From an uncultured Candidatus Saccharibacteria bacterium (GTDB lineage Bacteria; Patescibacteriota; Minisyncoccia; Phycocordibacterales; UBA6065): 64,000 nt of DNA. Positions 7,250 to 16,680 of this stretch are shown one piece after another. Every line of letters begins with the position of its first letter. Position 1 is the stretch's first letter. The notes beneath the pieces are model-generated. The model saw only the letters and a program-made list of their open reading frames with translations, was not told the origin of the DNA and did no database searches. The translations under genes were made by a program, and so were the position numbers. The stretch covers positions 64,518 through 128,517 of the forward strand of contig CAZBVG010000003.1 in NCBI GenBank assembly GCA_964495425.1, in the 5' to 3' direction.

Positions 7250-9405
7250 TCTTCTATTATAAGCGATTTTTTATCTTTTATAGGCATATCAGACCAGATT
7301 TCCTCAGTTACGAAAGGGGCAAATGGATGAAGCGTCTTCAAGATGATGGCAAGTGTATGAAGGAGGAATTGTTTTCGTGATTTTTTATCCGCATCGGTAT
7401 CTTCAGCGAGGATCTTCTTTGAATCTTCGAGGATTACGTCTGCAAACTGTGTCCAGGTATATGCGTAAAGTTTTTCGGCAACGAGGTAGTACTTGAATTC
7501 GTCCATTTCTTTGGTGATTTCTGCGATAAGCTCGTCACGCTTTTTTATGAGTTCTTTATCTGCAGGAGAGAATTTGTTGAATTTTGGTTCAAGAGTTTCA
7601 CCTTCAGTTGATGTAAGGACAAAACGGGTAATATTCCAGAGCTTGTTTGCAAAGTTTTTGTAGGCACGAATTTTGTCTTCGGACATCTTGGTATCATTTC
7701 CTGGACCGGTGCCAACAATAAGAGACATGCGTACCGCATCGGTACCGTACTTGGTTGCCATGTCGAGTGGATCAATAATATTACCGAGAGATTTTGACAT
7801 CTTTCGACCCTGAGCATCTCGAACAAGGCCGTGGAGGTACACAGTTCTAAATGGAATATCACCTAAAAGGTATTGAGACATAAGAATCATACGTGCAACC
7901 CAGAAGAAAATGATGTCGTAACCTGTTTCAAGAACTGATGTTGGGTGATAGGTTTTAAGATCTTTTGTTTTTTCTGGCCAGCCGAGAGTTGAGAATGTCC
8001 AAAGGCCAGATGAAAACCAGGTATCAAGTGTGTCTTCATCTTGAACCCAGCCTGCACCAGGACTTTCCAGACTTACTTTCTGTTTACCATCCTTGTACCA
8101 GACAGGAATTCGATGTCCGAACCAAATTTGGCGGGAAATACACCAATCGCGAAGGTTAGAAATCCAGTTGGTATAAATTTTTTCAAATCGATCAGGAATG
8201 AATTCAATATGTTTGTCGCCCGAGGCTGTTACTTCAAGCATAAGCTCCTTGAGTGACTTGTTTCCACGGGCTTTAATCTTTTTGTTCACATCAACAAACC
8301 ACTGATTCATGATTTGCGGTTCAATAACTCCACCGGTTCGTTCCGCGGTCGCAATATTGTGAGTGTAGTCTTCTTCTTTCTCGAGAAGTCCTTTGGCAGC
8401 AAGTTTTTCTACGATTTTCTTGCGAGCGTCAGTGATTTTCATGCCAGCAAATTCACCAGCAATAGGGAGGAGTTTGCCGTATTTGTCGATGATTTGCTCT
8501 TTATCAAGTTTATGGCGCTCAGTAATCTCAAAGTCGACATTTGAGTGCCATGGAGTGATGGTCATGACTCCGGTACCGAAGTTCATATCGATAGATTCAT
8601 CTTTAATAATAGTTGCTTTGATAGGGCCATTGATCCATTCAAGATCGATATGATCGCCGTGCGCGTACTTTTTGTATCGAGCATCATCTGGATGCATCAC
8701 AACATATTTATCGCCGAATTTGGTTTCAGGTCGAGCTGTTCCGATTGTAAATGGACCATATTTGAAGTAATAGAACTTGGTTTTTTCTTCGCTGTATACA
8801 ATTTCATCATCAGAAATGGTTGTCTGACCTTTTGGATCCCAGTTTACGATTCGATGACCCTGATAAATGAGACCGTCTTCATGCATTTTTTTGAATGCTT
8901 CAAATACAGCGCGCTCTCGCTTTTCATCGAGTGTATATGCTTCTCGTGACCAGTCGATAGAAGCACCCATTTTTTTAACCTGGTTGGTGATGGTGTCATG
9001 ACTTTGCTGTGCAAATTCCTTTACACGTTTAATGAGTTCTTCTCGGCCAAGATCTTGTCTTCGTTTACCTTCTTTTTTATAAATTTCACCTTCAACTTTT
9101 GATTGAGTGGCAATGGCAGCGTGATCAGTACCAGGAAGCCAGAGGGTTTTGAATCCCATCATTCGTTTGTAGCGAATCATGATGTCTTCAATCACAAGCA
9201 TAGATGCGTGTCCGATGTGAAGTGTCCCTGTTACATTAGGCGGTGGCAAGACGACAGAGAAGGGCTTTTTGTGACGTTTTGGGAGGTTATCTGGGTTAAA
9301 GTAGCCAGATGAAATCCATGCGTCGTATATAGCGTTTTCGGTTGCTTGAGGGTCGTACGGTTTCAGGAATTTGGCCGGAATATGTGGCTCTTTAAAAGGC
9401 TCCAT
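7237..9405 (-). CDS. valS: Valyl-tRNA synthetase (short form, 722 aa)
   Basis: VLPPPNVTGTLHIGHA (HIGH motif with ValRS-type PPPNVTG) and KMSKSLGN. Class I editing domain present. Lacks the long C-terminal coiled-coil of canonical ValRS. Confidence 0.85.
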   Translation of the reverse strand: MEPFKEPHIPAKFLKPYDPQATENAIYDAWISSGYFNPDNLPKRHKKPFSVVLPPPNVTGTLHIGHASMLVIEDIMIRYKRMMGFKTLWLPGTDHAAIATQSKVEGEIYKKEGKRRQDLGREELIKRVKEFAQQSHDTITNQVKKMGASIDWSREAYTLDEKRERAVFEAFKKMHEDGLIYQGHRIVNWDPKGQTTISDDEIVYSEEKTKFYYFKYGPFTIGTARPETKFGDKYVVMHPDDARYKKYAHGDHIDLEWINGPIKATIIKDESIDMNFGTGVMTITPWHSNVDFEITERHKLDKEQIIDKYGKLLPIAGEFAGMKITDARKKIVEKLAAKGLLEKEEDYTHNIATAERTGGVIEPQIMNQWFVDVNKKIKARGNKSLKELMLEVTASGDKHIEFIPDRFEKIYTNWISNLRDWCISRQIWFGHRIPVWYKDGKQKVSLESPGAGWVQDEDTLDTWFSSGLWTFSTLGWPEKTKDLKTYHPTSVLETGYDIIFFWVARMILMSQYLLGDIPFRTVYLHGLVRDAQGRKMSKSLGNIIDPLDMATKYGTDAVRMSLIVGTGPGNDTKMSEDKIRAYKNFANKLWNITRFVLTSTEGETLEPKFNKFSPADKELIKKRDELIAEITKEMDEFKYYLVAEKLYAYTWTQFADVILEDSKKILAEDTDADKKSRKQFLLHTLAIILKTLHPFAPFVTEEIWSDMPIKDKKSLIIEEWPI

Positions 9406-9447
9406 AGGTACGGAAAATATAGCAAAAATAAGCCTTTTTTACAAAAA

Positions 9448-10617
9448 TTACGCGCGAGGTCCAAGTGAGAGGGTTCCTTGGGCTTTAAGGTGTGTTGATG
9501 AATCGGTTTTCTTGTCACTGTTATAAAATCCAGCGAGCGCAATCATAAGACCATTGTCGGTTGAGTGATCGGTTTGAGGTAAAAGTAGTTTGATCGAGCA
9601 TTCAGTCGCGAGTTTCTCGAGATTCATTCGAATGTGTTCATTTGCAATGACACCACCGCCAACTATGATGGTCTCAATTGCATAGTGTTCGATCGCTTTA
9701 CGCATTTTTGATATGAGCACATCGGTTACAGCATCTTCAGTCTCGCGAGCGATACCCAGTATCCGGTGCTCGGTAAGTTTTGTGCCTTCGGTGGTGAGTT
9801 TTTGAACCAAATACAGTACTGCCGTTTTTAAACCCGAAAAAGAAAAATCAAAATTTTTTGAATCAATCATCGGTCGTGGCAAAGGTTCTGGGCTGTGAAT
9901 GTTGTGTGCGCGAGCCTCCTTTGCAAGTTTTGAAATCTTTGGACCGCCAGGGTAGGTGAGCCCAAGCATTCGAGCGACTTTGTCAAAGCATTCACCGATT
10001 GCGTCATCTCGTGTCTCGCCAAGGATTTTATATACCCCTACTTTTTCTACAAGAACGATTTGTGTATGACCGCCAGAAATGAGGAGCGAAAGGGCAGGAA
10101 ATTGTGGCTTAAGTAGCTCGTAAGCATCACCTTTCTTTTGTATGAGAGCAGAAAGTATGTGTCCTTCCATGTGATTGCAGGGAATGAGGGGAATGTTCCA
10201 TGCGTGGGAAAGCGCTCGAGCAAAACTAATACCAACCCACAAAGCTGGTTCAAGTCCTGGGCCAGTTGTAATACTTATGAAATCCATATCTGGACGAGCG
10301 ATTGAGGGAATAAATTCCGCGAACGCTTTCGAAAGCGACTCTTCTTTTTCCAAAAACGTCAAAGTTTTTGAATCTAGTTTTCCGGTTGCTTTTTTCAACA
10401 TACCTGCTTCCTTCAGAGTTTTTTTCAAAACAGGAATGAGATTTGCTTGATGCTCTCGCTTGGCAAGCATGGGGAAGACTCCTCCGTGCGGTGAATGAAG
10501 GTCTATTTGAGAATGAACGGTGTTGCCTAAAATGCTCACACTGTGTTTTTTCTCATCTATTTCGATGAGACTTATTGCTGTCTCATCACATGATGTTTCG
10601 ATGCCGAGGATTTTCAT
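9448..10617 (-). CDS. tsaD: tRNA N6-adenosine threonylcarbamoyltransferase TsaD (Kae1/Gcp)
   Basis: MKILGIETSCDETAISLIEID and HMEGHI metal-binding motif. ORF-track N-terminal extension was removed because it reads through tRNA-Val. Confidence 0.85.
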   Translation of the reverse strand: MKILGIETSCDETAISLIEIDEKKHSVSILGNTVHSQIDLHSPHGGVFPMLAKREHQANLIPVLKKTLKEAGMLKKATGKLDSKTLTFLEKEESLSKAFAEFIPSIARPDMDFISITTGPGLEPALWVGISFARALSHAWNIPLIPCNHMEGHILSALIQKKGDAYELLKPQFPALSLLISGGHTQIVLVEKVGVYKILGETRDDAIGECFDKVARMLGLTYPGGPKISKLAKEARAHNIHSPEPLPRPMIDSKNFDFSFSGLKTAVLYLVQKLTTEGTKLTEHRILGIARETEDAVTDVLISKMRKAIEHYAIETIIVGGGVIANEHIRMNLEKLATECSIKLLLPQTDHSTDNGLMIALAGFYNSDKKTDSSTHLKAQGTLSLGPRA

Positions 10618-10619
10618 TG

Positions 10620-10692
10620 TGCGCGCTATAGGACTTGAACCTATGACCCTCTCAACGTCAATGAGATGCTCTACCAACTGAGCTAAGCGCGC
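10620..10692 (-). tRNA. tRNA-Val (anticodon GAC)
   Basis: Reverse complement GCGCGCT-TA-GCTC-AGTTGGTA-GAGC-A-TCTCA-TTGACGT-TGAGA-GGGTC-ATAGG-TTCAAGT-CCTAT-AGCGCGC-A. Confidence 0.85.
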
Positions 10693-10747
10693 GTGTTGTA
10701 GAGTTACTTTACATGAAAAACCGCCTTTTTCAAGCGGTTCTTCCGAG

Positions 10748-11080
10748 TTATTTAAGTGGCGCTGGAGGATCCTTTGGTCGATCCAAAAGATCCGAGAGTT
10801 TCTTGATGCCGAAGTACACAACCGCAGCAACAATGACAAAGTTAATGAGAAGAGAGATAAACTTTCCGTATGCGATAACTGAATCATTAATGGTGAATGA
10901 AAGTTGAGAAAGATCACCAAAACGTCGAAGGGCCAGACCGATTAGGGGATTAATAATGTCGTTTACTAGTGATGAAACGAGGTCGGAAATTGCTTTACCG
11001 AGGATAAAGCCGATCGCGAAACCAGCTACACCCTGGGTGCGAATAAAATGAATAAAACCGCGAAATTGATCTTTAAGCAT
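10748..11080 (-). CDS. mscL: Large-conductance mechanosensitive channel MscL
   Basis: MLKDQFRGFIHFIRTQGVAGFAIGFILGKAISDLVSSLVNDIINPLIG. Two TM helices and a conserved N-terminal amphipathic helix. A minus-strand terminator hairpin at 10723-10747 overlaps the 3' end. Confidence 0.8.
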   Translation of the reverse strand: MLKDQFRGFIHFIRTQGVAGFAIGFILGKAISDLVSSLVNDIINPLIGLALRRFGDLSQLSFTINDSVIAYGKFISLLINFVIVAAVVYFGIKKLSDLLDRPKDPPAPLK

Positions 11081-11190
11081 ACTTATATTGTAGTACATAT
11101 GCGCACCGATCTCTATTGTTTCGTGTGGCCGAATTCATATGTTGCAATGGCTATAATAAGAGCGACAGAAATCGCCAATATTACGTATTC

Positions 11191-11265
11191 TGGTGACCCT
11201 ACGGAGAATCGAACTCCGATTTAAAGCTTGAAAAGCTTCTGTCCTAACCATTAGACGATAGTGCC
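11191..11265 (-). tRNA. tRNA-Glu (anticodon TTC), CCA encoded
   Basis: Reverse complement GGCACTA-TC-GTCT-AATGGTTA-GGAC-A-GAAGC-TTTTCAA-GCTTT-AAAT-CGGAG-TTCGATT-CTCCG-TAGGGTC-A-CCA. One A.G mismatch in the acceptor stem. Confidence 0.75.
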
Positions 11266-11345
11266 ATTGCTATGAGAAACAGGCCCCAAATATAACATTT
11301 TTTGTCAAAAAGGCAAAAAATGCTAGGATATTCGGGCGTTTCTAT

Positions 11346-11432
11346 GGAGAGGTGGCAGAGTGGTCGAATGCAGCGGTTTCGAAAACCGCCAGGGGCGAAA
11401 GCTCCTCGGGAGTTCGAATCTCCCCCTCTCCG
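11346..11432 (+). tRNA. tRNA-Ser (anticodon CGA), long variable arm
   Basis: GGAGAGG-TG-GCAGAGTGGTCGAATGC-AGCGG-TTTCGAAAA-CCGCC + long variable arm + GGGAG-TTCGAAT-CTCCC-CCTCTCC-G. Perfect 7-bp acceptor stem. Confidence 0.8.
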
Positions 11433-11462
11433 CAGTCTATTTTGAGGAGTATACTTAGGGTA

Positions 11463-12305
11463 ATGAGTACACTTCTTAACATTTTTATTTGGGCACTTGT
11501 TCTTGTGCCAGTAGCGGTATCCGCTTCTGCGATTTCTGTTATACCTGAAAACCCAATTCAGGGTGAGCCGCTTCGTATTGAAATTGTCGGTACTACCTCA
11601 GCTTCACTTTTATTTTTTGATGGTAAAAAGATCCCTGTATTTACATATAAAAACGCTCAGACCGCATTCTATGGCATTGATCTTTACAAAAAACCGGGGC
11701 ATTACAAGATTGTCGCGGCTCTAACGGACGGAAAGATTCTTGAGAAAAATATAACAGTACTTGAACGAACTAAAATTGAAGCACCGCTTGGAATTCCAGA
11801 GAAATTGGGAGGTAATACACAGGCGAGCGCCACAACGTTGGTAAATACTCTTGCTCAAGAAAACGCGAGCCTGCTTAATTTGCGAACCGGTACGCATGCT
11901 TTCTGGACTGCACCATTCAAATATCCCGTTGCAAATCCAGTGATTACCGATGAGTATGGTTACCAACGACAAACAGGCTCCTATTCGATTGCTCATAAAG
12001 GTACTGATTTTCGGGCGGCTGAAGGTACGCCTGTTTTGGCAATGAATCGAGGTGTGGTACGACTTACGCAGGTTGGTAGAAATTACGGCAAGACAGTTGT
12101 CATTGATCATGGTCTCGGACTACAAACTTTTTATATGCATCTTTCAAAAATATATGTAAATGAGGGTGAATTGGTGCTTCCTGGCACGGTAATTGGCCTC
12201 TCAGGACAGACTGGATATGCAGATAAACCGCATTTGCATGTCACCGTCCGTATGAGTGATGTATCGATTGATCCAAAGAAATTCCTTGAGATTTTTGGTA
12301 AATAA
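11463..12305 (+). CDS. M23 family (LytM-like) peptidoglycan metallo-endopeptidase with N-terminal membrane anchor
   Basis: HKGTDFRAAEGTPVLAMNRGVV...VIDHGLGLQTFYMHLS...GQTGYADKPHLHVTV (HxxxD and HxH zinc motifs). ORF-track start inside tRNA-Ser was trimmed to MSTLLNIFIW. Confidence 0.75.
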   Translation: MSTLLNIFIWALVLVPVAVSASAISVIPENPIQGEPLRIEIVGTTSASLLFFDGKKIPVFTYKNAQTAFYGIDLYKKPGHYKIVAALTDGKILEKNITVLERTKIEAPLGIPEKLGGNTQASATTLVNTLAQENASLLNLRTGTHAFWTAPFKYPVANPVITDEYGYQRQTGSYSIAHKGTDFRAAEGTPVLAMNRGVVRLTQVGRNYGKTVVIDHGLGLQTFYMHLSKIYVNEGELVLPGTVIGLSGQTGYADKPHLHVTVRMSDVSIDPKKFLEIFGK

Positions 12306-12331
12306 AAAGCTCGGGTATACTATCTGGATCG

Positions 12332-12760
12332 ATGAAGAAAAATATTAAAACTCACGTAGTATACGCTACGACAAATAAAAAAAAGATAAAAGAAGTGGGG
12401 AAACATTTTGATCCTCATGGCATTTCACTAGCGTCTCTCCAAGATTTTCTACCGGTAAATCTTGAGATAGAGGATACGGGCGAGGCACTTGGCGAAAATG
12501 CTATCTGCACCTCATATGCGTATGCTCGTGAGCTTTCTGAGTGTGTAAAGCCAGGAACCCAATTTTTGGTTATTTCTGAGGATACAGAAAAAATAGTATT
12601 GCGAACAATTATTGCAATCGTGCATGTAGACCAATATGGGTTGATTTCAGAGCCACATGTTTTTGAAGGCTCGGGTACGAAGGATGATAAAAAGGTAAAT
12701 AAGGACCACCAAACGCAAGCATATGAGCGAGCGTTACCCTTTATCAAGATGTATCTGTAA
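12332..12760 (+). CDS. Ham1/RdgB-like non-canonical purine NTP pyrophosphatase (short, 142 aa)
   Basis: VVYATTNKKKIKEV...EIEDTGEALGENAICTSYAYARELSE...FLVISEDT matches the ATGNxGKxxE / EETG / ENA / DDSGL pattern of ITPases. The C-terminal third is missing. Confidence 0.45.
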   Translation: MKKNIKTHVVYATTNKKKIKEVGKHFDPHGISLASLQDFLPVNLEIEDTGEALGENAICTSYAYARELSECVKPGTQFLVISEDTEKIVLRTIIAIVHVDQYGLISEPHVFEGSGTKDDKKVNKDHQTQAYERALPFIKMYL

Positions 12761-12819
12761 TGAAACTGCCAGAGAGCCGGCTTCGTATGCTAGAATAGAT
12801 ATCTAGCTTAAATTACATC

Positions 12820-14265
12820 ATGACATTTATAAAACGCCATAAAATAGCCATTGGTATTACCGTTATTATACTTATAATCATTGTTTTTGCTTTTAGTTCT
12901 CGAGGGAATGGCGGAGGTGAAGCAATCATGGTCTCAACCGGAGAACTTGTTCGAACGGTGGAGCTTGCTGGTAAAGTGGTTCCAGCTGAAGATGCTGATC
13001 TTGCCTTTGAAGTGACAGGAACAGTTGCTCGAACCTACAAAAAGGTGGGTGATAAGGTTATGCCTGGCGATGTCATAGTCGAGCTTGATCAATCTGGCAC
13101 ACGAGCTGATTACCTTAAGGCGAGCGCGGATTTGGCGGCTGCGCAAGCAGAGCTTGCGAAACTTTCAGGAGGTAATGATCTTCAGGCAAAGGTAACGAAT
13201 TCAAAAACAAGTGTCACTCAAAATATCATTGATGCGTATACAGATGCTGATGATGCAATTTCAAATAAGATAGATCAGTTTTTTGAAGATGCACGCACGG
13301 CAAATCCTAAAATCGTTTTTTCATTTGATGACTATACGCTTCGAAACAAAATAAATGATACCCGTGTTCGAGTTGGCACCATTCTTACATCATGGAAAGA
13401 AAATGTATCAAAACTCTCTGTGGCCACTTACACAGAGGCGGATCTAGAGTTGGCAAAGGCAAATCTTCGTGAGATTTCTCTTTTCCTCGATGATGTTGCT
13501 CGAGCGGTTAATTCATTTAAACCAAATTCATCAGTAAGTCAGACACTTATAGATAAATATAAGACGGATGTGGCAGCAGCGCGTCAAAACGTAAACGGGG
13601 CAGCGGCAACACTTATTTCAGGTGAGGAGAGCTATTCTGCAACTCTCTCTGATGTTCCTGTACAAGTTGCCCGTGTAGCAGCTGCGGAGGCAAATGTGGC
13701 TACCTATCAGGCTCGTTTGGGCAAGATGACACTTCGATCACCAATTGCAGGAGTTGTTTCAAAACAGGATGCAAAGACCGGTGAATCAGTTTCTGCAAAT
13801 ATGAATCTTGTCTCAGTCATAAGTGCAGATTATAAGCTCGAAGCGTATGTTCCGGAGGTGAGTGTTGCCGGAATCGTTGTCGGCGCAAAGGCGAAAGTTA
13901 CACTCGATGCATATGGCAAGGACATTGTTTTTGATGCAACGATCACTCATGTTGATCCACGAGAAACTATTCGAGATGGAGTTTCGACATATAAAATTGA
14001 ACTCGTATTCAGCACGCCTGATAGTCGAATCCTTTCTGGTTTAACTTCAAATATATCTATTGAGACTTTACGAACAGGGGAGGTGCTCTATATTCCTTCT
14101 CGATCGGTTCTCAATGAGGATGGCAAAAAAACAGTAAAGGTAAAGATTTCAGATAAGGAAGTGATTACAAGGGAAATTGTGACAGGTATCACAGATACCA
14201 AAGGTAATGTTGAGGTCGTGTCTGGTCTTTCAGCAAACGACTCGGTGATAGTCAATCCAAAATAA
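12820..14265 (+). CDS. HlyD-family periplasmic adaptor (membrane fusion protein) of tripartite ABC exporter
   Basis: N-terminal TM, then biotinyl-lipoyl-like motifs (VPGDVIVELD), a long coiled-coil and a C-terminal beta-barrel. First gene of an operon with an FtsX permease and an ABC ATPase. Confidence 0.7.
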   Translation: MTFIKRHKIAIGITVIILIIIVFAFSSRGNGGGEAIMVSTGELVRTVELAGKVVPAEDADLAFEVTGTVARTYKKVGDKVMPGDVIVELDQSGTRADYLKASADLAAAQAELAKLSGGNDLQAKVTNSKTSVTQNIIDAYTDADDAISNKIDQFFEDARTANPKIVFSFDDYTLRNKINDTRVRVGTILTSWKENVSKLSVATYTEADLELAKANLREISLFLDDVARAVNSFKPNSSVSQTLIDKYKTDVAAARQNVNGAAATLISGEESYSATLSDVPVQVARVAAAEANVATYQARLGKMTLRSPIAGVVSKQDAKTGESVSANMNLVSVISADYKLEAYVPEVSVAGIVVGAKAKVTLDAYGKDIVFDATITHVDPRETIRDGVSTYKIELVFSTPDSRILSGLTSNISIETLRTGEVLYIPSRSVLNEDGKKTVKVKISDKEVITREIVTGITDTKGNVEVVSGLSANDSVIVNPK

Positions 14266-14283
14266 TAACTGACATAACTGACG

Positions 14284-15531
14284 ATGCCACAATTTATACG
14301 CATAGGATGGTTTCTCGCGTTTAGGCAGGTGCGCCGCGCGAATAAATGGACCACAGGACTCATCATCTTCGTGATGACCTTAACCTTTCTAAACCTCGTC
14401 GTAGTATCGGGTATCCTTGTGGGTTTGATTGAAGGAGCGGTGGAAGCAAACAAAGAGTTTTACACAAGCGATATTCTTATTACCAAGCTAGATAAGAAAA
14501 ATTATATCGAGCAGACACCAAAGGTGCTGAGCATTATAAATAGTATGCCTGAAGTAGAGACATCATCTGCGCGCTATCTCGAATCAGGTCGTATTGAGGC
14601 AAACTATAAGAGTGCCGCTAAACCAGAAGAGATTGATTCGGCCGGCGGTACACTTGCGGGAATTGATCCAATCAGAGAAAACGAACTCACTGATATATCT
14701 CGATTCGTAGTAGAGGGTCAGTATCTTGAACCTCAGGACTATGATCAAATCCTTATTGGTGGCTATCTTCTCCAAAAATATTTTCCTGTAGAAACTCCTG
14801 CTTTCCCAACCCTCAAAAATGTGAATGTGGGTGATCGTGTGCGTATCACTGTTGGAGATGTGACCCGCGAAGTTACCATCAAGGGTGTGATTTTGTCTAA
14901 AGTTGATGAACTTTCATACCGAATATTCTTTGTTGATCGACAGCTCCGTGATCTCATTGGAAGAACCGATTATAACGTTGATGAAATATCAATAAAGTTG
15001 AAGCCGGGTGCGGATCCCGTATTGGTTAAGGAGGCTCTCATTCGAGCGGGTGTGAGTGAATATGCTCGTGTCCAGACTTTCGAAGATGCTCAGCCTAAAT
15101 TCCTTAAGGATATTAAGGCAACTTTTGCGCTTTTGGGTAACATGATTAGTTCAATTGGTCTTGCTGTGGCTTCTATCACGATATTTATTGTGATTTTCGT
15201 TAATGCAATCACACGACGTAAGTTCATTGGTATTTTGAAGGGTATTGGTATAAGCGGTCGTACCATCGAAGCCTCATATATCTTCCAGTCATTCTTTTAC
15301 GCTATTTGCGGTTCAGGCATCGGTCTCGCTATTTTGTACGGTTTCCTCAAGCCGTATGTGACAGCGCATCCGATTAACTTCCCATTCTCTGATGGTATTC
15401 TTGTGGCACCGCTTTTAAGCACAGGTATTAAGCTTGGTATTCTCGTGATTACGACAATCATCGCAGGTTATATTCCAGCTCGTATGATTGTGCGCAAAAA
15501 TACACTTGATTCGATATTGGGTAGAAATTAA
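14284..15531 (+). CDS. ABC transporter permease, FtsX/MacB-like
   Basis: N-terminal TM, large extracytoplasmic domain, and C-terminal 3-TM FtsX domain (GILKGIGISGRTIEASYIFQSFFY...). Confidence 0.7.
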   Translation: MPQFIRIGWFLAFRQVRRANKWTTGLIIFVMTLTFLNLVVVSGILVGLIEGAVEANKEFYTSDILITKLDKKNYIEQTPKVLSIINSMPEVETSSARYLESGRIEANYKSAAKPEEIDSAGGTLAGIDPIRENELTDISRFVVEGQYLEPQDYDQILIGGYLLQKYFPVETPAFPTLKNVNVGDRVRITVGDVTREVTIKGVILSKVDELSYRIFFVDRQLRDLIGRTDYNVDEISIKLKPGADPVLVKEALIRAGVSEYARVQTFEDAQPKFLKDIKATFALLGNMISSIGLAVASITIFIVIFVNAITRRKFIGILKGIGISGRTIEASYIFQSFFYAICGSGIGLAILYGFLKPYVTAHPINFPFSDGILVAPLLSTGIKLGILVITTIIAGYIPARMIVRKNTLDSILGRN

Positions 15532-15535
15532 ATTT

Positions 15536-16231
15536 ATGGCTTTAATACAGACAAAAAACCTCATAAAGACTTTCAAGAACGGAGACAAGGAGACCCGTGT
15601 TCTTAAGGGTATTGATTTTACTGCGGATGAAGGAGAATTCATTGCTATTATGGGTCGTTCTGGTGCAGGAAAATCTACGTTTATGTACCAAATATCGCTC
15701 TTGGATGAGCCATCATCGGGAGAGATTGTGGTATTTAATAAAAATACGCACGATATGACGCACGAGGAAAAAACCAAGTTTCGTCTTAATGAGCTTGGAT
15801 ATGTGTTTCAAGATTATGCGCTTCTACCTGATCTTACAGCTATCGAAAATGTAGCAGTGCCACTTATGATGCAGGGTAAGTCAAAGACTGATGCATATGT
15901 CTATGCCCGTGTATCACTGGAACGCGTTGGACTTGGCCACAGACTTGATAACCTTCCGTCGCAAATGTCAGGGGGTGAACAGCAGAGAACATCGATTGCT
16001 CGTGCGCTCGCTCATAAACCACGAGTTCTCTTTGCTGATGAACCAACCGCAAACCTTGATAATGAATCATCACTTGCCATCATGAAGTTGTTTGAGGATG
16101 TACATAAGCAAGGTCAAACAATTATCATGGTTACCCACGAAGAGGAATACGCAAAGCTCGCCACTCGTGTCGTTCGACTAAATGATGGAATGATAATTGA
16201 AGATGTGAAAGGGAAGCACGCTTCTCTCTAA
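15536..16231 (+). CDS. ABC transporter ATP-binding protein (MacB/LolD-like)
   Basis: Walker A GRSGAGKST, signature LSGGEQQR, Walker B VLFADEPT, H-loop VTHE. Start trimmed to MALIQTKNLIKTF. Confidence 0.85.
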   Translation: MALIQTKNLIKTFKNGDKETRVLKGIDFTADEGEFIAIMGRSGAGKSTFMYQISLLDEPSSGEIVVFNKNTHDMTHEEKTKFRLNELGYVFQDYALLPDLTAIENVAVPLMMQGKSKTDAYVYARVSLERVGLGHRLDNLPSQMSGGEQQRTSIARALAHKPRVLFADEPTANLDNESSLAIMKLFEDVHKQGQTIIMVTHEEEYAKLATRVVRLNDGMIIEDVKGKHASL

Positions 16232-16662
16232 GCTGTGAATCCTCTGCGCGCGCGTTTAAGATCAACGAATACCATCGCAACCAAAGCGAGGATAATAACG
16301 TTTTTGATGATGTATTGACCTTCGAGTGAAGGTGTTAAAAATCCATCCCAAGTGATTTCTGGAAGAAAGAAGAGAGGTAGGAGGGTGGTAAGCATGTGAG
16401 GAAGAAGAAGGAGTGTCGCAACCTTTTCCATTCGTGGAATTACAAAGAGGATTCCGATTAGCACCTCAAAACCTCCAAACAATACAATAAACTTATCCGC
16501 TGTTAAGAATGGAATAACAAGACCGAGTGTGTGGTTAAAGAGTTCGGTGACGAGGGGTCCTGCTGGTGAGAGACCGAGTAGTTTTAAAGACCCAAACCAG
16601 ACAAAGACAATAAATAACGCGATATGAGCGAATACAAACGCTGTGTGTTCTTTCTTTTGCAT
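16228..16662 (-). CDS. DoxX-like small polytopic membrane protein
   Basis: Four predicted TM helices in 144 aa; DoxX-like hydrophobic profile. Confidence 0.35.
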   Translation of the reverse strand: MQKKEHTAFVFAHIALFIVFVWFGSLKLLGLSPAGPLVTELFNHTLGLVIPFLTADKFIVLFGGFEVLIGILFVIPRMEKVATLLLLPHMLTTLLPLFFLPEITWDGFLTPSLEGQYIIKNVIILALVAMVFVDLKRARRGFTA

Positions 16663-16680
16663 AACTTTATCGTATCACGA

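Noticed and set aside
9448-10920. ORF-track 490-aa ORF for TsaD extending about 100 codons upstream of MKILGIETSCDE
   Set aside because: The extension reads straight through tRNA-Val (10620-10692) on the same strand and has no conserved residues, so the CDS was trimmed to 9448-10617.
11352-11462. N-terminal 37 codons of the M23 peptidase ORF
   Set aside because: They overlap tRNA-Ser(CGA) on the same strand. The start was reassigned to MSTLLN at 11463.
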